A DNA stretch of 64,000 nt. Origin: a virus (Duplodnaviria; Caudoviricetes). Position numbers and translations under genes: made by a program. The notes under the pieces are model-generated. The model saw nothing but the letters and a program-made list of their open reading frames with translations, was not told the DNA's origin and did no database searches. The stretch is from IMG/VR virus record IMGVR_UViG_3300037846_000091, positions 9,015 to 73,014 of that record. One strand, written 5' to 3'. Of the stretch, positions 34,937-45,248 are shown piece by piece; the stretch's first letter is position 1, and each line of letters starts with the position of its first letter.

Positions 34937-35524
34937 ATGGCTAAGGTTAATTCTAGTGAGTTCCTAACCCCATCGGCTCGCGTCGAGTCCAAGGTAAATG
35001 CCTTAATAAAAGACCTGACTGCTGCTACCAAGAGGATAGCCAAGCTGGAGGAGCTACTTACGAAGGCCAAGGCTATTTGCGTAAACAAGGAACTTCTGAA
35101 GCAGAAGGCTCAAAAGGAAAAGGAACACGAAGACCGCGAAAAGGCCAAGCAGGAGAATCGCAAGAAACTGGAAGAAGATGCGAATGAGATGAATATTAAA
35201 GATTGTCCTTCCGGATTCTTTCTGGCAGAAACCTGCAACGTTCACCGAGGTTCGTCAGGATCAGATTCTATGTTGGACGAGGTCGAAAAAGCAAGAGAGC
35301 ATTATGCTGGGGTTTACGAAGTGCTCATAGTTCAGGGAGCCTACACAGAAGGTTACAAGTACATGGAACCGGAAGGCGTACACCTTAACTTTTCAGGATT
35401 CCGGGTTTTTGTCAAACCGTTACCTCCGGACAAGATCGGCCTCCAACCAGTCGATAGCAACGGACAGAGAGTGTCTTTCAACGGCGAAGGCGGTTTTCGC
35501 GTGGAGAGCAGTACGACGCACTAG
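34937..35524 (+). CDS. AT-richer moron-like protein with N-terminal coiled coil
   Basis: Distinct codon usage; own promoter candidate. Confidence 0.7.
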   Translation: MAKVNSSEFLTPSARVESKVNALIKDLTAATKRIAKLEELLTKAKAICVNKELLKQKAQKEKEHEDREKAKQENRKKLEEDANEMNIKDCPSGFFLAETCNVHRGSSGSDSMLDEVEKAREHYAGVYEVLIVQGAYTEGYKYMEPEGVHLNFSGFRVFVKPLPPDKIGLQPVDSNGQRVSFNGEGGFRVESSTTH

Positions 35525-35549
35525 TGACATTTCGAGTGACAATTCGCCA

Positions 35550-35596
35550 GCGGACTAGCTACCCGCCGGCCACACACTTCTACCGTTTGGGGTAGA
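35550..35596 (+). ncRNA. Late-leader two-hairpin element, copy 1
   Basis: GCGG-AC-TAGCT-AC-CCGC, then TCTACC-GTTTGG-GGTAGA. Confidence 0.6.
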
Positions 35597-35611
35597 CCGC
35601 GGAGATAGTCC

Positions 35612-38600
35612 GTGGACTCCTTCAACGGCGACCCTGCCTACGGCAGCGGCATCAGCATCACCGGCGAGCCGAAGGAACGGGTAGACCGCTTCCCGATTCC
35701 GCAGGTTTTGACTTTTCAGGCGATGCTGGGCATCTCGTGGAAGTCCTACTGGATGGGGCGCCACGATGAGGCCCTGCGCCAGGACCCCGGCTTCGCCCGC
35801 GCGATGCGACACGACCTGTTCAACATGGGCTTGATGCAGGAGCGGGCGCTGGGGGTCGCGTCTCTCAAGTGGCACCTGGAGGTAGACAACGAGCGTGACC
35901 CCACGGAGAAGCTGGTCAAGGATCACATGACGAAGGTCGTGCGCCGCACCTGGCGACGGCAGGAGCTTGTCCGCAATCTGCTTGAGGCTGTCTGGTTCGG
36001 CCGCTACGGCGCGCAGCTCCAGTGCAAGTTCGACTTCATCGACGGCCGCAAGTCTCTGGTAATCGCCAAGCATCGGGCCATCAACGGCGACAAGATCAAC
36101 CACCTGTGGGACGGCACGCCGCACGTCCAGATCATGCCCATCGCAGACCAGTATCTGCCGAAGGGCGTGGAAGTCATGCAGACCAGCGCGCACTTCTACA
36201 ACTCGGGCCGGGCGGTCGTTCTCAGGGGGGAGTTCCGCGAGAATTTCATCATCCACCGTCACCTGGCGATGGACGAGGACTTCGTCGATTACGAAAGGGC
36301 GGCCTGCATCAATGGGGCCGGCGTGCGCGATGTAATTCATTGGTTTGAATGGTTAAAAATGGAGTGGTTGTCGAACGTCACCGATTGGGCCGAACGCGCT
36401 GGCCTCGGCGTGCGGCTGTGGTACTACCCCCTCGGCAACAATGCCGCCAAGGCCAAGGCCGAAGCCAACGCCGCCGACAACACCAGAAAAGTAAACATCA
36501 TCGTTCCCTATGACCCGGAGCAGCGCAGTCCGCACCCGGCGATGGAGTATCAGGACGTGGCCACCGGCGGCCCTGAACTGCTGCTCAAGCTCATCCAGTA
36601 CATCGACGAGGCCAAGCAGCGGTACGTCATCGGCCAGTCGCTATCCAGCGGCACGGAGGGCAGCGGGTTGGGTGGCACGGGTGTTGCGTCGATGCACGCC
36701 AACACGAAGCAGAAGATAGTCGCCTACGACGCCCAGAACCTCGCCGAGACGCTGACCTGCGATCAGCTGGACGTATCGCGCAAGTACACCTTCCCCGAGC
36801 TACCCAGCGACATGCCATGCCGGCTGGTGTTCGACGTGGACGACCCAGAGAGCGAAAAGAAGCTGAACGCGGTCAAGGTGTTCACGGAGATGGGCGGCAC
36901 GGTCATTGCCAACGAAGCCCGGGCCCTCACCGGCCTGAGCGACCCGCAGGAAGGCGACGACGTGATAGGCGGCCAGCAGGCGATGCCCGGCGCTGGTGCC
37001 CCTGGTGTGCCGGGGCAGCCCGGCGCCGATCAGCCGCAGCAGCCTGGCAGGCCGTGGAAGGCGCCGCAGATAGCGCAGCCCGACCCGAACGCGGTGCAGC
37101 AGCCGGAGGTCGCAGCGGCGAGAGCAACCGGCGAAGTGGCCCGCTACGTCACCGACGACACGGGCCGCAAGCACGATGAGTTGGGGCTGTTCACGGGTGA
37201 TGGGAACGCGGCGGCTAAAGGCAACGAAGCCAAGCACGAACACCGCAGCAACATCACCCTGGCGGGCCGCAAGTTTGCCATGTCGTTCCGCAAGGACGGC
37301 AAGACGCACGTTGAAATCAACGGCAACCACAAGGTCGTGACCTACACCCTTGATGGCATCAGGCACGGCTACATCGAGGACGCCGAGGGCGGCAATGTCC
37401 GTGGGTTCGTCATCCGCCGTCAGGCCAAGGAATCGGACCAGAACGACCACGCCCTACCAGTGGACGATACCGACACCATCCAGCAAGAGGCTATGGAGCA
37501 AGCCGCTTCGGATGCCGACCGCAAGAAATTGGAGCGAAAGAAGGAGTTTGAAAAGAAGGTTGGCCATGCGGTGATTCATCCTCAGAGCGTGGCCGGCGAA
37601 CTATCCAAGTCAGGCATACCGACGCACAAGAACACCTCGCGGGAGAAGCGTTCCGGTGTCAGCGTCAGGGCCATTCCCGGCAAGCACACCTGGCTCGCCG
37701 TGGAGTGGAGGGACGCGGGTGGAGACGACAACGACACCAGGGCCAAGTCGGAAGAGGTTCAGAAGCATCTTGAGGAACGCGGATACGCCGTTACCCGGCC
37801 ATTCCCCGACGAAACCATTCTTGCCGTCAGGAAGCCGATCAAGGACGATGAGGATGAGTCGCCAGTCTCCCGCCACGCCTTCGACGAATCCTCCCACCCC
37901 CGCGGCCACGAGGGCAACCCCGGCCAGTTCGCGGCATCCGGTAGCACCGCAGAAGCCTCCCAGCCCGCGCAGGACGCATCCGGCGAGCCGACAGCCCAGC
38001 AGCCGTCCAAGTCCAAGGCAGACGCCTGGCAAGAGCGCCAGACGGCCCGCGACCAGCGCATCATCGACCTGGACACGCTGGAGAACGACGCCGGCACGGT
38101 GGACAAGGCCGACCTGGACGCGCTGGTGAAGGCCGACGCCGAGATAGGGGACACCGGCGACCCAGAGCAAGCAGCGGCGGCGATGAAAGCGTACACAGAC
38201 ACGATCCGCGCCAAGTGGCAGGACGTGGCGGACAGGCTCACGCAGATGGGCGCGAGCGAGCGGGACGCGCGGGCGTTCGGCCGGGCGGCAACGAAGCTCA
38301 ATGCGTACCTCGGGAAAGCGGAGGTCGCGTACACCGCGGCGGCGAGCAAGATCGGTGCAGCGGCGCGGGCTCTGGAGGAAATCGAGGCGCAGGAACCGGA
38401 GGGGCGCGACGAGCAAGAGGAACCGGATGCTTGGGAGGAGCAAGCGGAACCTGATGAGCCCGATCTTCCTGGAGATGAGCCGCAGCAGTCTGAGTATGAA
38501 CGCCTTGGGATTGGTCGGGAAGAGTTTGAAAGGGACCACAACGATTGGATGACTGCCACGGCCGCTTACCCCAAACTGCTGGCGGAATATGAGCAGGCTG

Positions 38601-40573
38601 TTAAAGAGATCGGGCGAATAAATACTGAAGGTCAGGCAGCTTACGATACAGCCTATGCTAACTGGGAAGCCAGCGAAGAGAAAGAGTCCGACGCCTGGCA
38701 GGATGCCCACGACCGATGGGAGGCCAAGCGTGACAAGGCCGAAGAGAAGCACGCCGATCTTTCGAGCAAGTTCAGCGAGCTACTCGACCCCCTCGTCGAG
38801 AAGATGGACGAGCACGAGCAGGCTTGCACGGACGCGCTGTACGGCTTCCTCGAAAGCGAGCGCGACCGAGTAGAGCAGCAGGACACGGCCGACCCGGAAC
38901 CGGATGAGGACGATGAGGAACCGGTGACGCGGCACGCCTTCCACGAGTCCGAGCATCCGCGTGGGCATGAAGGAAACCCAGGGCAATTTGCCGAAAAAGG
39001 CGGTGCCAGCTTTGATACGAGCAGTGCCAAGGCCCCTCCCGGCGGCATCAAGATTGCCGGCAAGAACTTCAAGGCCGGCGAGAGGATTCCTACAGCGATT
39101 TTCAAGCGTGCCGACAAGGACCAGCAGAAGGCCATCAAGGCGGCCAGCGGGGGCGACAAGCCGAAGGAAAAGCCAGCGGCCAGGCCGGCAGAGAAACCTG
39201 CCGACAAACCTGCCGACAAACCGGCAGCGCCCGCGAAGGCGAGCAAGGGGCACCCGGCCGTGGGCACCGGCATCGAGGGCAAGCCACGCGAGGAGCAGCT
39301 TGCAGCGCTGGGCAAGTATTCCATGTCCGGAAGCGGAACCGATGCGAGCCGCGCCGCCGCAAAAGAATGGTTGGAGCATATTGAGGCCGTGAGCGTGCCG
39401 GACAAGGACGCTCTGGCTAACAAGGTCGCAGCCAGCGTCGCGCAGCAGGCCAAGGCAAACCAGTTTCAGTCACCTACGGTTCAGGGTGTGGTGGACGGAC
39501 TGAAGTCCGATGGTCTATCCACCGAGCAGGCGCACAGCGTCATCGTTGCCGGAATTCGCGCCGGCAAACTGCAGCCCGCGCCGTTCACGCGGGCACTGCA
39601 GGACTACACCGGTGGCCTGGAAAACCTGCTGCCGATTGATGGCCAGCTAATGGGCTACCTGCGCCCGGGGGCGAATTCTGCCCGCTCCCACCGCCGCGGC
39701 GACGTGTTCCGCTACACCTTCGACGAGAGCAAGGTGCACCGCGGCCAGCCGGGCAACGCGGGGCAGTTCGGTTCTGGTGGCGGCACGGCGACAACCGACG
39801 AACCAGAGCGTCAGGCCGTCAAGGCAGACGGCAAGATCGCCAAGACGATCAGCAAGGCCAAGGAGACGGTCAAGCGGGTCAAGGGCCAACTGGACGCCAT
39901 TACCGACGTAGCGGTGCTGAAGCAGGCCAAGGCGGCTACAGCATGGCTCAAGGACAAGGCCGGCGAGCTCAAGGCGAAGCTGGAGGCACGGTACGGCAAG
40001 AAAGCCGCCCTGGCGATCCTGGCGACGGGCCAGACGTTCGGTTGGGGCGCGACGGCTGCAGGCGCTGCCGTGGGTGTGCCGGTGTGGCTGCCGGGCAGCA
40101 CTATCTGGGGAAGCCTGCCGGCGATGGCTGTGGCCGAAGTGTTCCTCCAGGCGAGCAAGCTGGTGAGGCATGAGGCCGACGAAGAGGCCGACCTGTCCCC
40201 CGAGGACACCGACGCGATCGCGCAGTGGGTGTTCGGCGAGCTGCAGGCGGAGTACATGGCCTGGCTTCAGGAGCAGGGCATCGGGCAAGATGCGCCGAAG
40301 AAGCACGCGAAGGAGCCAGAGCCTGACCGCCCCCGGCGTGTGGTGACCACGACGGTAACCGAGGGCCTCGACATGGAGGGCAAGCCGCAGAAGGTGGTCA
40401 GCACGGCGATAGCGACGGACCTTGTGCCGCCGCCGTTGCCGCCACCGCCCCGCATCGTCGGCAAGGTCAGGACGCCAGTGCGTGACCCGGTGACGGGACT
40501 GATTGACCACGTGGTGGAGCGCTACGAATACGCGGAGGAGGTAGCCCGTGGTGAGCCGCCTGCAACTGAGTGA
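35612..40573 (+). CDS. Portal protein (DUF935/Mu gp29-like, ~450 aa) with ~1200-aa modular C-terminal extension
   Basis: Follows terminase; LLEAVWFG, GQSLSS..G.G and ETL..DQL blocks; extension with F-x-E-S-x-x-x-R-G-x-x-G-N-x-G-Q-F repeats. Confidence 0.8.
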   Translation: MDSFNGDPAYGSGISITGEPKERVDRFPIPQVLTFQAMLGISWKSYWMGRHDEALRQDPGFARAMRHDLFNMGLMQERALGVASLKWHLEVDNERDPTEKLVKDHMTKVVRRTWRRQELVRNLLEAVWFGRYGAQLQCKFDFIDGRKSLVIAKHRAINGDKINHLWDGTPHVQIMPIADQYLPKGVEVMQTSAHFYNSGRAVVLRGEFRENFIIHRHLAMDEDFVDYERAACINGAGVRDVIHWFEWLKMEWLSNVTDWAERAGLGVRLWYYPLGNNAAKAKAEANAADNTRKVNIIVPYDPEQRSPHPAMEYQDVATGGPELLLKLIQYIDEAKQRYVIGQSLSSGTEGSGLGGTGVASMHANTKQKIVAYDAQNLAETLTCDQLDVSRKYTFPELPSDMPCRLVFDVDDPESEKKLNAVKVFTEMGGTVIANEARALTGLSDPQEGDDVIGGQQAMPGAGAPGVPGQPGADQPQQPGRPWKAPQIAQPDPNAVQQPEVAAARATGEVARYVTDDTGRKHDELGLFTGDGNAAAKGNEAKHEHRSNITLAGRKFAMSFRKDGKTHVEINGNHKVVTYTLDGIRHGYIEDAEGGNVRGFVIRRQAKESDQNDHALPVDDTDTIQQEAMEQAASDADRKKLERKKEFEKKVGHAVIHPQSVAGELSKSGIPTHKNTSREKRSGVSVRAIPGKHTWLAVEWRDAGGDDNDTRAKSEEVQKHLEERGYAVTRPFPDETILAVRKPIKDDEDESPVSRHAFDESSHPRGHEGNPGQFAASGSTAEASQPAQDASGEPTAQQPSKSKADAWQERQTARDQRIIDLDTLENDAGTVDKADLDALVKADAEIGDTGDPEQAAAAMKAYTDTIRAKWQDVADRLTQMGASERDARAFGRAATKLNAYLGKAEVAYTAAASKIGAAARALEEIEAQEPEGRDEQEEPDAWEEQAEPDEPDLPGDEPQQSEYERLGIGREEFERDHNDWMTATAAYPKLLAEYEQAVKEIGRINTEGQAAYDTAYANWEASEEKESDAWQDAHDRWEAKRDKAEEKHADLSSKFSELLDPLVEKMDEHEQACTDALYGFLESERDRVEQQDTADPEPDEDDEEPVTRHAFHESEHPRGHEGNPGQFAEKGGASFDTSSAKAPPGGIKIAGKNFKAGERIPTAIFKRADKDQQKAIKAASGGDKPKEKPAARPAEKPADKPADKPAAPAKASKGHPAVGTGIEGKPREEQLAALGKYSMSGSGTDASRAAAKEWLEHIEAVSVPDKDALANKVAASVAQQAKANQFQSPTVQGVVDGLKSDGLSTEQAHSVIVAGIRAGKLQPAPFTRALQDYTGGLENLLPIDGQLMGYLRPGANSARSHRRGDVFRYTFDESKVHRGQPGNAGQFGSGGGTATTDEPERQAVKADGKIAKTISKAKETVKRVKGQLDAITDVAVLKQAKAATAWLKDKAGELKAKLEARYGKKAALAILATGQTFGWGATAAGAAVGVPVWLPGSTIWGSLPAMAVAEVFLQASKLVRHEADEEADLSPEDTDAIAQWVFGELQAEYMAWLQEQGIGQDAPKKHAKEPEPDRPRRVVTTTVTEGLDMEGKPQKVVSTAIATDLVPPPLPPPPRIVGKVRTPVRDPVTGLIDHVVERYEYAEEVARGEPPATE

Positions 40574-40919
40574 CCTGGCCCGGAATGCCATGTTGGAAGG
40601 GCCCGGCCTGGTTCCGCTGCTCAACGATGGCAAGCTGTGCCTCTACACGAGCAACCGCACAGACGCCCGGTTGCTCGCCACCCTACGATTCGCTGGCCAT
40701 GCCTTCACGGTCAAGGACGGCGAGGCGAAGGCTCGACCGATGGCAGCGGATCAGGACGTTATCCGCGACGGCAAGGCGACGTGGTTCCGGGCGCTGACAC
40801 GCAAGGGTGAGTTGGTGCTTGAGGGAGCGGTGGGTGGTGACCTGACATTGGACCGCGACGACATCCGCCCCGGCAGCCGTGTGGGCGTCGATAGCCTCGT
40901 CCTGCGATTGGGAGAGTAG
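40548..40919 (+). CDS. Virion-associated hypothetical protein
   Basis: LYT..LATL..GKATWFR..EGAVG pattern of phage structural genes. Confidence 0.65.
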   Translation: MVSRLQLSDLARNAMLEGPGLVPLLNDGKLCLYTSNRTDARLLATLRFAGHAFTVKDGEAKARPMAADQDVIRDGKATWFRALTRKGELVLEGAVGGDLTLDRDDIRPGSRVGVDSLVLRLGE

Positions 40920-41014
40920 TGTGCTTCAGCCCTTCCGCCAGCAGTTCGCCTTGCAGTTTTACAAGGAAGCCGCGACGGACCTTATTGTGACCATAACCCA
41001 CAAGGTGTAATCCT

Positions 41015-41638
41015 GTGGCCAAAGAGATCCAAGTCCCCTGGACTGCAACCGGCCAGACGCTGTACGCCGTCGTGCGCAACAGCGTCGGCCTGGCGTGGAA
41101 CGGCGCGTCCTTCGAGAACTACCAGACCGCCCACCTGGCGTCTGAATACGCCATCACCTTGACCGAACAGGGCAGCCACAGCGCCTACTACGCGGGCAAC
41201 ATGCCGGCCGTCGCCGCGGGCTATTACAACGTCGTGGCCTACCAGCAGGCGGGGGGCAGCCCGGCTGAGGGCGACCCATTGGCGGCGGCAGCGGGGATGG
41301 ACTGGACGGGAACCGCGGTTGCCAGCGTCGGGGCGGGCGTGAACGCCACGCAGGTCAACGGCAACGCGACCGCCGCAGCCAACCTGGCCACGGCCTACGG
41401 CGGGTTCCTGATCGGCACGGCGCAGGCCGGCAGCGCCAGTGGCATCACCTTGCCGCCAGCTGCGTCAAGCGTGAACAACTTCTACGCCAACCAATCAATC
41501 ACCATCCTGGCTGGCACAGGGGCGGGCCAGACGAACAAGATCGTCAGCAACGTCGGTCAGGTGGCAACTGTTGAAACTCCGTGGGCGACCGTGCCCGACG
41601 CTACCTCGGTTGTTGCCGTGCTGGGGCGGATCGGCTAA
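41015..41638 (+). CDS. Virion structural hypothetical protein
   Basis: Ala/Gly/Thr-rich; GTAQAGS..ITL..NNFY..GTGAGQ. Confidence 0.7.
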   Translation: MAKEIQVPWTATGQTLYAVVRNSVGLAWNGASFENYQTAHLASEYAITLTEQGSHSAYYAGNMPAVAAGYYNVVAYQQAGGSPAEGDPLAAAAGMDWTGTAVASVGAGVNATQVNGNATAAANLATAYGGFLIGTAQAGSASGITLPPAASSVNNFYANQSITILAGTGAGQTNKIVSNVGQVATVETPWATVPDATSVVAVLGRIG

Positions 41639-44493
41639 TGGCCCTCACCCTCCAACTACAAGAGCCATTCGCCGGCATCGGCAGCCTTACAGCAGGCAGC
41701 CCCGGCTCCAACTTTGGCTCCGTGACGGGTACGCTCAACAAGCGAGCCCGCGGACCCTACCCTTCGGGCGGCAGCGTGGCCGCAGACGGCACTGGGTTTT
41801 CCGCCAGACTCGACGCCGGAGCTAATCAGGCTGGCATGTTCTCGCTCACGTCAGGCAATGGGGTCAACGCCGCAGCCCAGGGGTTCATAGGTGCATGGTT
41901 CTACATAGACTCAACGGTCAACGCCTCCAACCAGTGCATCTTGATGCAGGCCCTTGACAGTGGCGGCACCAAGCGTATGTACCTGATGTGGGACCCGACC
42001 GTTTCTCCGGCTCAGATCAAGACGGCGTTCTCCGGGCAGGCTTTCCAATCATCAACAGTGGGAGTCAGCCTTCGCGGCCACTACTGGTTTGGGTTCGAGT
42101 GGACCGGCTGGACCAGCACACCTACTACCGCTTCGGCCAAGTTCTACCTTATGTCCCTGGCAACATACCTAGCCAGTGGCAGTCCGACCCTCATTGCTAC
42201 TTACACCAACCATACCCTGACGACGGGGCCGGGATCGGTCGGCATCTGCAATATTCCAGCTGGCAGCGGCACCTTCGTCTCGGGACGATGCGGTTGCCCG
42301 TCGCTCTACTCCACAGGTTCTTATGGAGACGGCAGCGTCTACCCGCCTGCCATTGTTGCTCCCACCGCACCCCCCTTCAACTGGTACTGCAACCCCGGCT
42401 CTGGCAACGACAACAACGACGGCACCACACCATCGACGGCATGGGCGAGTCTTGCCAAGCTCAACGCAGAATCGGCCAACTGCGGTATGTTCGGTGGGTA
42501 TACGTCAGGTAGTTCTGACTTTCTGTTTATTGATACCAGTGGGGCACCACTAGTCCAAACGTCCACGATGCTGAACTTCCAGACGAGTTGCCTCACAGTG
42601 CAGCCGCCCGCTGGATGGGCGAAGAACAGCACCTATTGGACGTTACAGGCGTGGAAGGACATCAGCGGGGTATCGACGACGTGGACGCTCAATAGCGGCA
42701 TCGTCTGGCAAACTTCGGATGGTTCTGCCCCGGACCTTCTCGACGTGGCAGTTTGGGAAGATGACCGCTGGATGAACCATCCAGTAGCGGCCAACTCGGC
42801 GGCGGCTATTCCCCTGCTACAAGCCACGCCAGGTAGTTTTTGGACGGATGGGACCAATATTTATATGTCCACTTTCGAGAGTGGCAACCCCAACACGGAC
42901 GGTCACGTATATACTCGTAGTCGCGACCGTGGCGGTGCAGGATTCAACGACGCGGTTCGCATGGCTACCTACGGGATGCAGATATGGGGCCTGGACCTTT
43001 GGAAGACAGCTCAGGTAGACAACAGCAACAACGCCATCGCCACTTACGGGATCAACTACAGTTTCGCCACACAAGCTCCGACTGTCGCGGGGCAAACATC
43101 GGACATTGGCTGGTGCCGTCTGAGGTATGGGGCCAACCACCTCGTCGGCTTCACCGATGCCAACGTGCTGAATCGCACGATCAACATGCACGACTGCGAC
43201 GTGGAGCAGTGCGCCCCGTGGTACGGGGCCGACCCACTGGTCGATTACACGACGCAGACTGCGGCCACGCTGGTCACCAACTACACGAACATCACCTGCA
43301 ACGCAGGCGTGGGCGTCATCGGCAGCACCGCTGGCAGCTGGACGCAGGACGGAACAAATCCGGTTGGGGTGTGGTTCTCCCACCTGGGCACGACGGGGGC
43401 GAGCAACCAGTTTACGATTACATTCACGGGATGCAACTTCCCAGGCGGTACTATCTCTTGTGGTGGTGATACTGTATCGACGATGGGTGTGGCCAGTCTG
43501 ACTGTAGAAGATTGTATGTTCGTCGGTTCCGGCGGCATGGGCTCGCCAGCAGCCACGTTCGACCGTTGCTTGATAACTTTATCTATTCAAGAGATCACAT
43601 TTGCTGCTGCTTCGACAATATACACGAACTGCATCATCCAGCAGACTCAGCCAATGACGGTGTTCTCAAGCAACACCAGAGGAGTACAGGGGACAGTATC
43701 GTTCGTTGGCTGCACGTTAGACATGACCTCTGCTCCGTCCGGCAGTGACACCAACGGTGCTTTACTGCGTCGGGTGGCCGCGCTGACGCTCACCGTGGAA
43801 AACTGCGTCGGCCTGTTCAATGGAGCGCAGGACTACACGCTGCTGGCGAGCGCCGCCAACACGGACACGCTCAATCTGAGCTTCAACGAGTACGAACTGG
43901 GCTCCTCCGGCGTGTTGCTCAAGAGCTACGCCGCCCTGGGCAACCAGACCTTCGCTCAAGCGCAGGGCCTCGGCTTCGAGACGGGCTCTGTCAACGATAC
44001 CGCGCTTGGTGAGACAGTAGCCATCAACCCGACGACATACAGGCGCACCGGGGCACCGCCGTTTTATCACAGCCTGGGCGTGCTGGACGACTACACGGGC
44101 CAGATATTCCCCACCCGGCAGGCGCCGGGCGCCTTCGAGCTTGTGGGCGCTGGTGTGGACTTCTGGTGGTTGGCTTTTATCAACACCGGCGTGTACGTGC
44201 CGCCGGTGCCGCCTACGCCGCCGCTCCCAGGCAACCTGGGATCGGCAACGGTATCCGGCGGTGGCTTCGTCCTGGACTTCGACGGCTGGGAGGCCCTGCG
44301 TGACCGACCGCAGCCCCGACAGCAGCCCAAGCCGCCCGAGAAGGCAGTCGAGCTACCGCCGCCACTCGTGCATTGCAGTGGTGTGCTGACGTTGCCGGGC
44401 GTGACGCTGTCCGCTAGGCTTACGGTGGACCCGTGGTATCGGCAGCGGATCGAAGAGGACGAGATGCTGCTGCTGGGAGACTTCGATAAGTGA
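41638..44493 (+). CDS. Large spike-like protein: LamG-like N-terminus plus parallel beta-helix region
   Basis: WYCNPGSGNDNNDGTTPSTAW motif; recurrent NIT/NCV/VEDC beta-helix rungs; TAATG coupling. Confidence 0.65.
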   Translation: MALTLQLQEPFAGIGSLTAGSPGSNFGSVTGTLNKRARGPYPSGGSVAADGTGFSARLDAGANQAGMFSLTSGNGVNAAAQGFIGAWFYIDSTVNASNQCILMQALDSGGTKRMYLMWDPTVSPAQIKTAFSGQAFQSSTVGVSLRGHYWFGFEWTGWTSTPTTASAKFYLMSLATYLASGSPTLIATYTNHTLTTGPGSVGICNIPAGSGTFVSGRCGCPSLYSTGSYGDGSVYPPAIVAPTAPPFNWYCNPGSGNDNNDGTTPSTAWASLAKLNAESANCGMFGGYTSGSSDFLFIDTSGAPLVQTSTMLNFQTSCLTVQPPAGWAKNSTYWTLQAWKDISGVSTTWTLNSGIVWQTSDGSAPDLLDVAVWEDDRWMNHPVAANSAAAIPLLQATPGSFWTDGTNIYMSTFESGNPNTDGHVYTRSRDRGGAGFNDAVRMATYGMQIWGLDLWKTAQVDNSNNAIATYGINYSFATQAPTVAGQTSDIGWCRLRYGANHLVGFTDANVLNRTINMHDCDVEQCAPWYGADPLVDYTTQTAATLVTNYTNITCNAGVGVIGSTAGSWTQDGTNPVGVWFSHLGTTGASNQFTITFTGCNFPGGTISCGGDTVSTMGVASLTVEDCMFVGSGGMGSPAATFDRCLITLSIQEITFAAASTIYTNCIIQQTQPMTVFSSNTRGVQGTVSFVGCTLDMTSAPSGSDTNGALLRRVAALTLTVENCVGLFNGAQDYTLLASAANTDTLNLSFNEYELGSSGVLLKSYAALGNQTFAQAQGLGFETGSVNDTALGETVAINPTTYRRTGAPPFYHSLGVLDDYTGQIFPTRQAPGAFELVGAGVDFWWLAFINTGVYVPPVPPTPPLPGNLGSATVSGGGFVLDFDGWEALRDRPQPRQQPKPPEKAVELPPPLVHCSGVLTLPGVTLSARLTVDPWYRQRIEEDEMLLLGDFDK

Positions 44494-45248
44494 AAAAGAC
44501 TATCTATACTCTCAACATCTGTGATTACAGCCCGGACATCTGCGCCCTGACCTACCCCCTGATGCGGGCGTGGGCCGACAAGATCGGCGCGGCTTTCCAC
44601 GTCATCCGGGACCGCAAGTGGCCCGACATGCCGCCGGTCTACGAGAAGTTGCAGATTTACGACCTGGCCCGCGAGCGCGGCGACGACTGGAGCATCTTCT
44701 TGGACGGGGACACGCTGGTCTATCCCAACATGTTCGACCCGACTGAGTTCCTGCATCGGCGCGAAGTTTTTTGTCACATGAACGACATGGCAAACATGCG
44801 CTTCCGCTCCAACGACATTTTCCGCCGCGACGGCCGCAGTATAGGGTGGACGAACTGGCTTGCCATTGCTTCCAGCTGGTGCCGTGACCTGTGGCACCCA
44901 TTGGAGGACATGACATTCTCGGAGGCGGTCGCCAACATCACCACCACTTTAGAGGAGCGAAACAAGGGGATAACTCCCGATCACCTAATCGACGATTATG
45001 TCTTGAGTTACAATGTCGCCAAGTACGGGCTGCACTTCAAGACGTTCCCGGCCATGCTTCAGTCGCTCGGAATGGACCCGAAGGCGCAGGCGTTCTGGCA
45101 CAACTACACCTTCAGCGAAGAGCAGAAGGTCGTGGAGATGCGCAAGGTGCTGCAATCGTGGGGCATGGCCCGGGCCGATGAATTGCCGGCGACGACGAAT
45201 GGCAGGCCGCATCAACCGAGGGAGTCCACCCTATGCGTCCAATCCTAG
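44490..45248 (+). CDS. GT-A glycosyltransferase-like protein
   Basis: YEKLQI..WSIFLDGDTLV (DxD motif). Confidence 0.75.
   Translation: MKKTIYTLNICDYSPDICALTYPLMRAWADKIGAAFHVIRDRKWPDMPPVYEKLQIYDLARERGDDWSIFLDGDTLVYPNMFDPTEFLHRREVFCHMNDMANMRFRSNDIFRRDGRSIGWTNWLAIASSWCRDLWHPLEDMTFSEAVANITTTLEERNKGITPDHLIDDYVLSYNVAKYGLHFKTFPAMLQSLGMDPKAQAFWHNYTFSEEQKVVEMRKVLQSWGMARADELPATTNGRPHQPRESTLCVQS

Noticed and set aside
39193-39230. 12-bp tandem repeat AAACCTGCCGAC
   Set aside because: Ordinary KPAD low-complexity linker.
37000-40573. Recognisable toxin domain (ADP-ribosyltransferase, nuclease) in the portal extension
   Set aside because: No catalytic motif identified by eye; needs a profile search.
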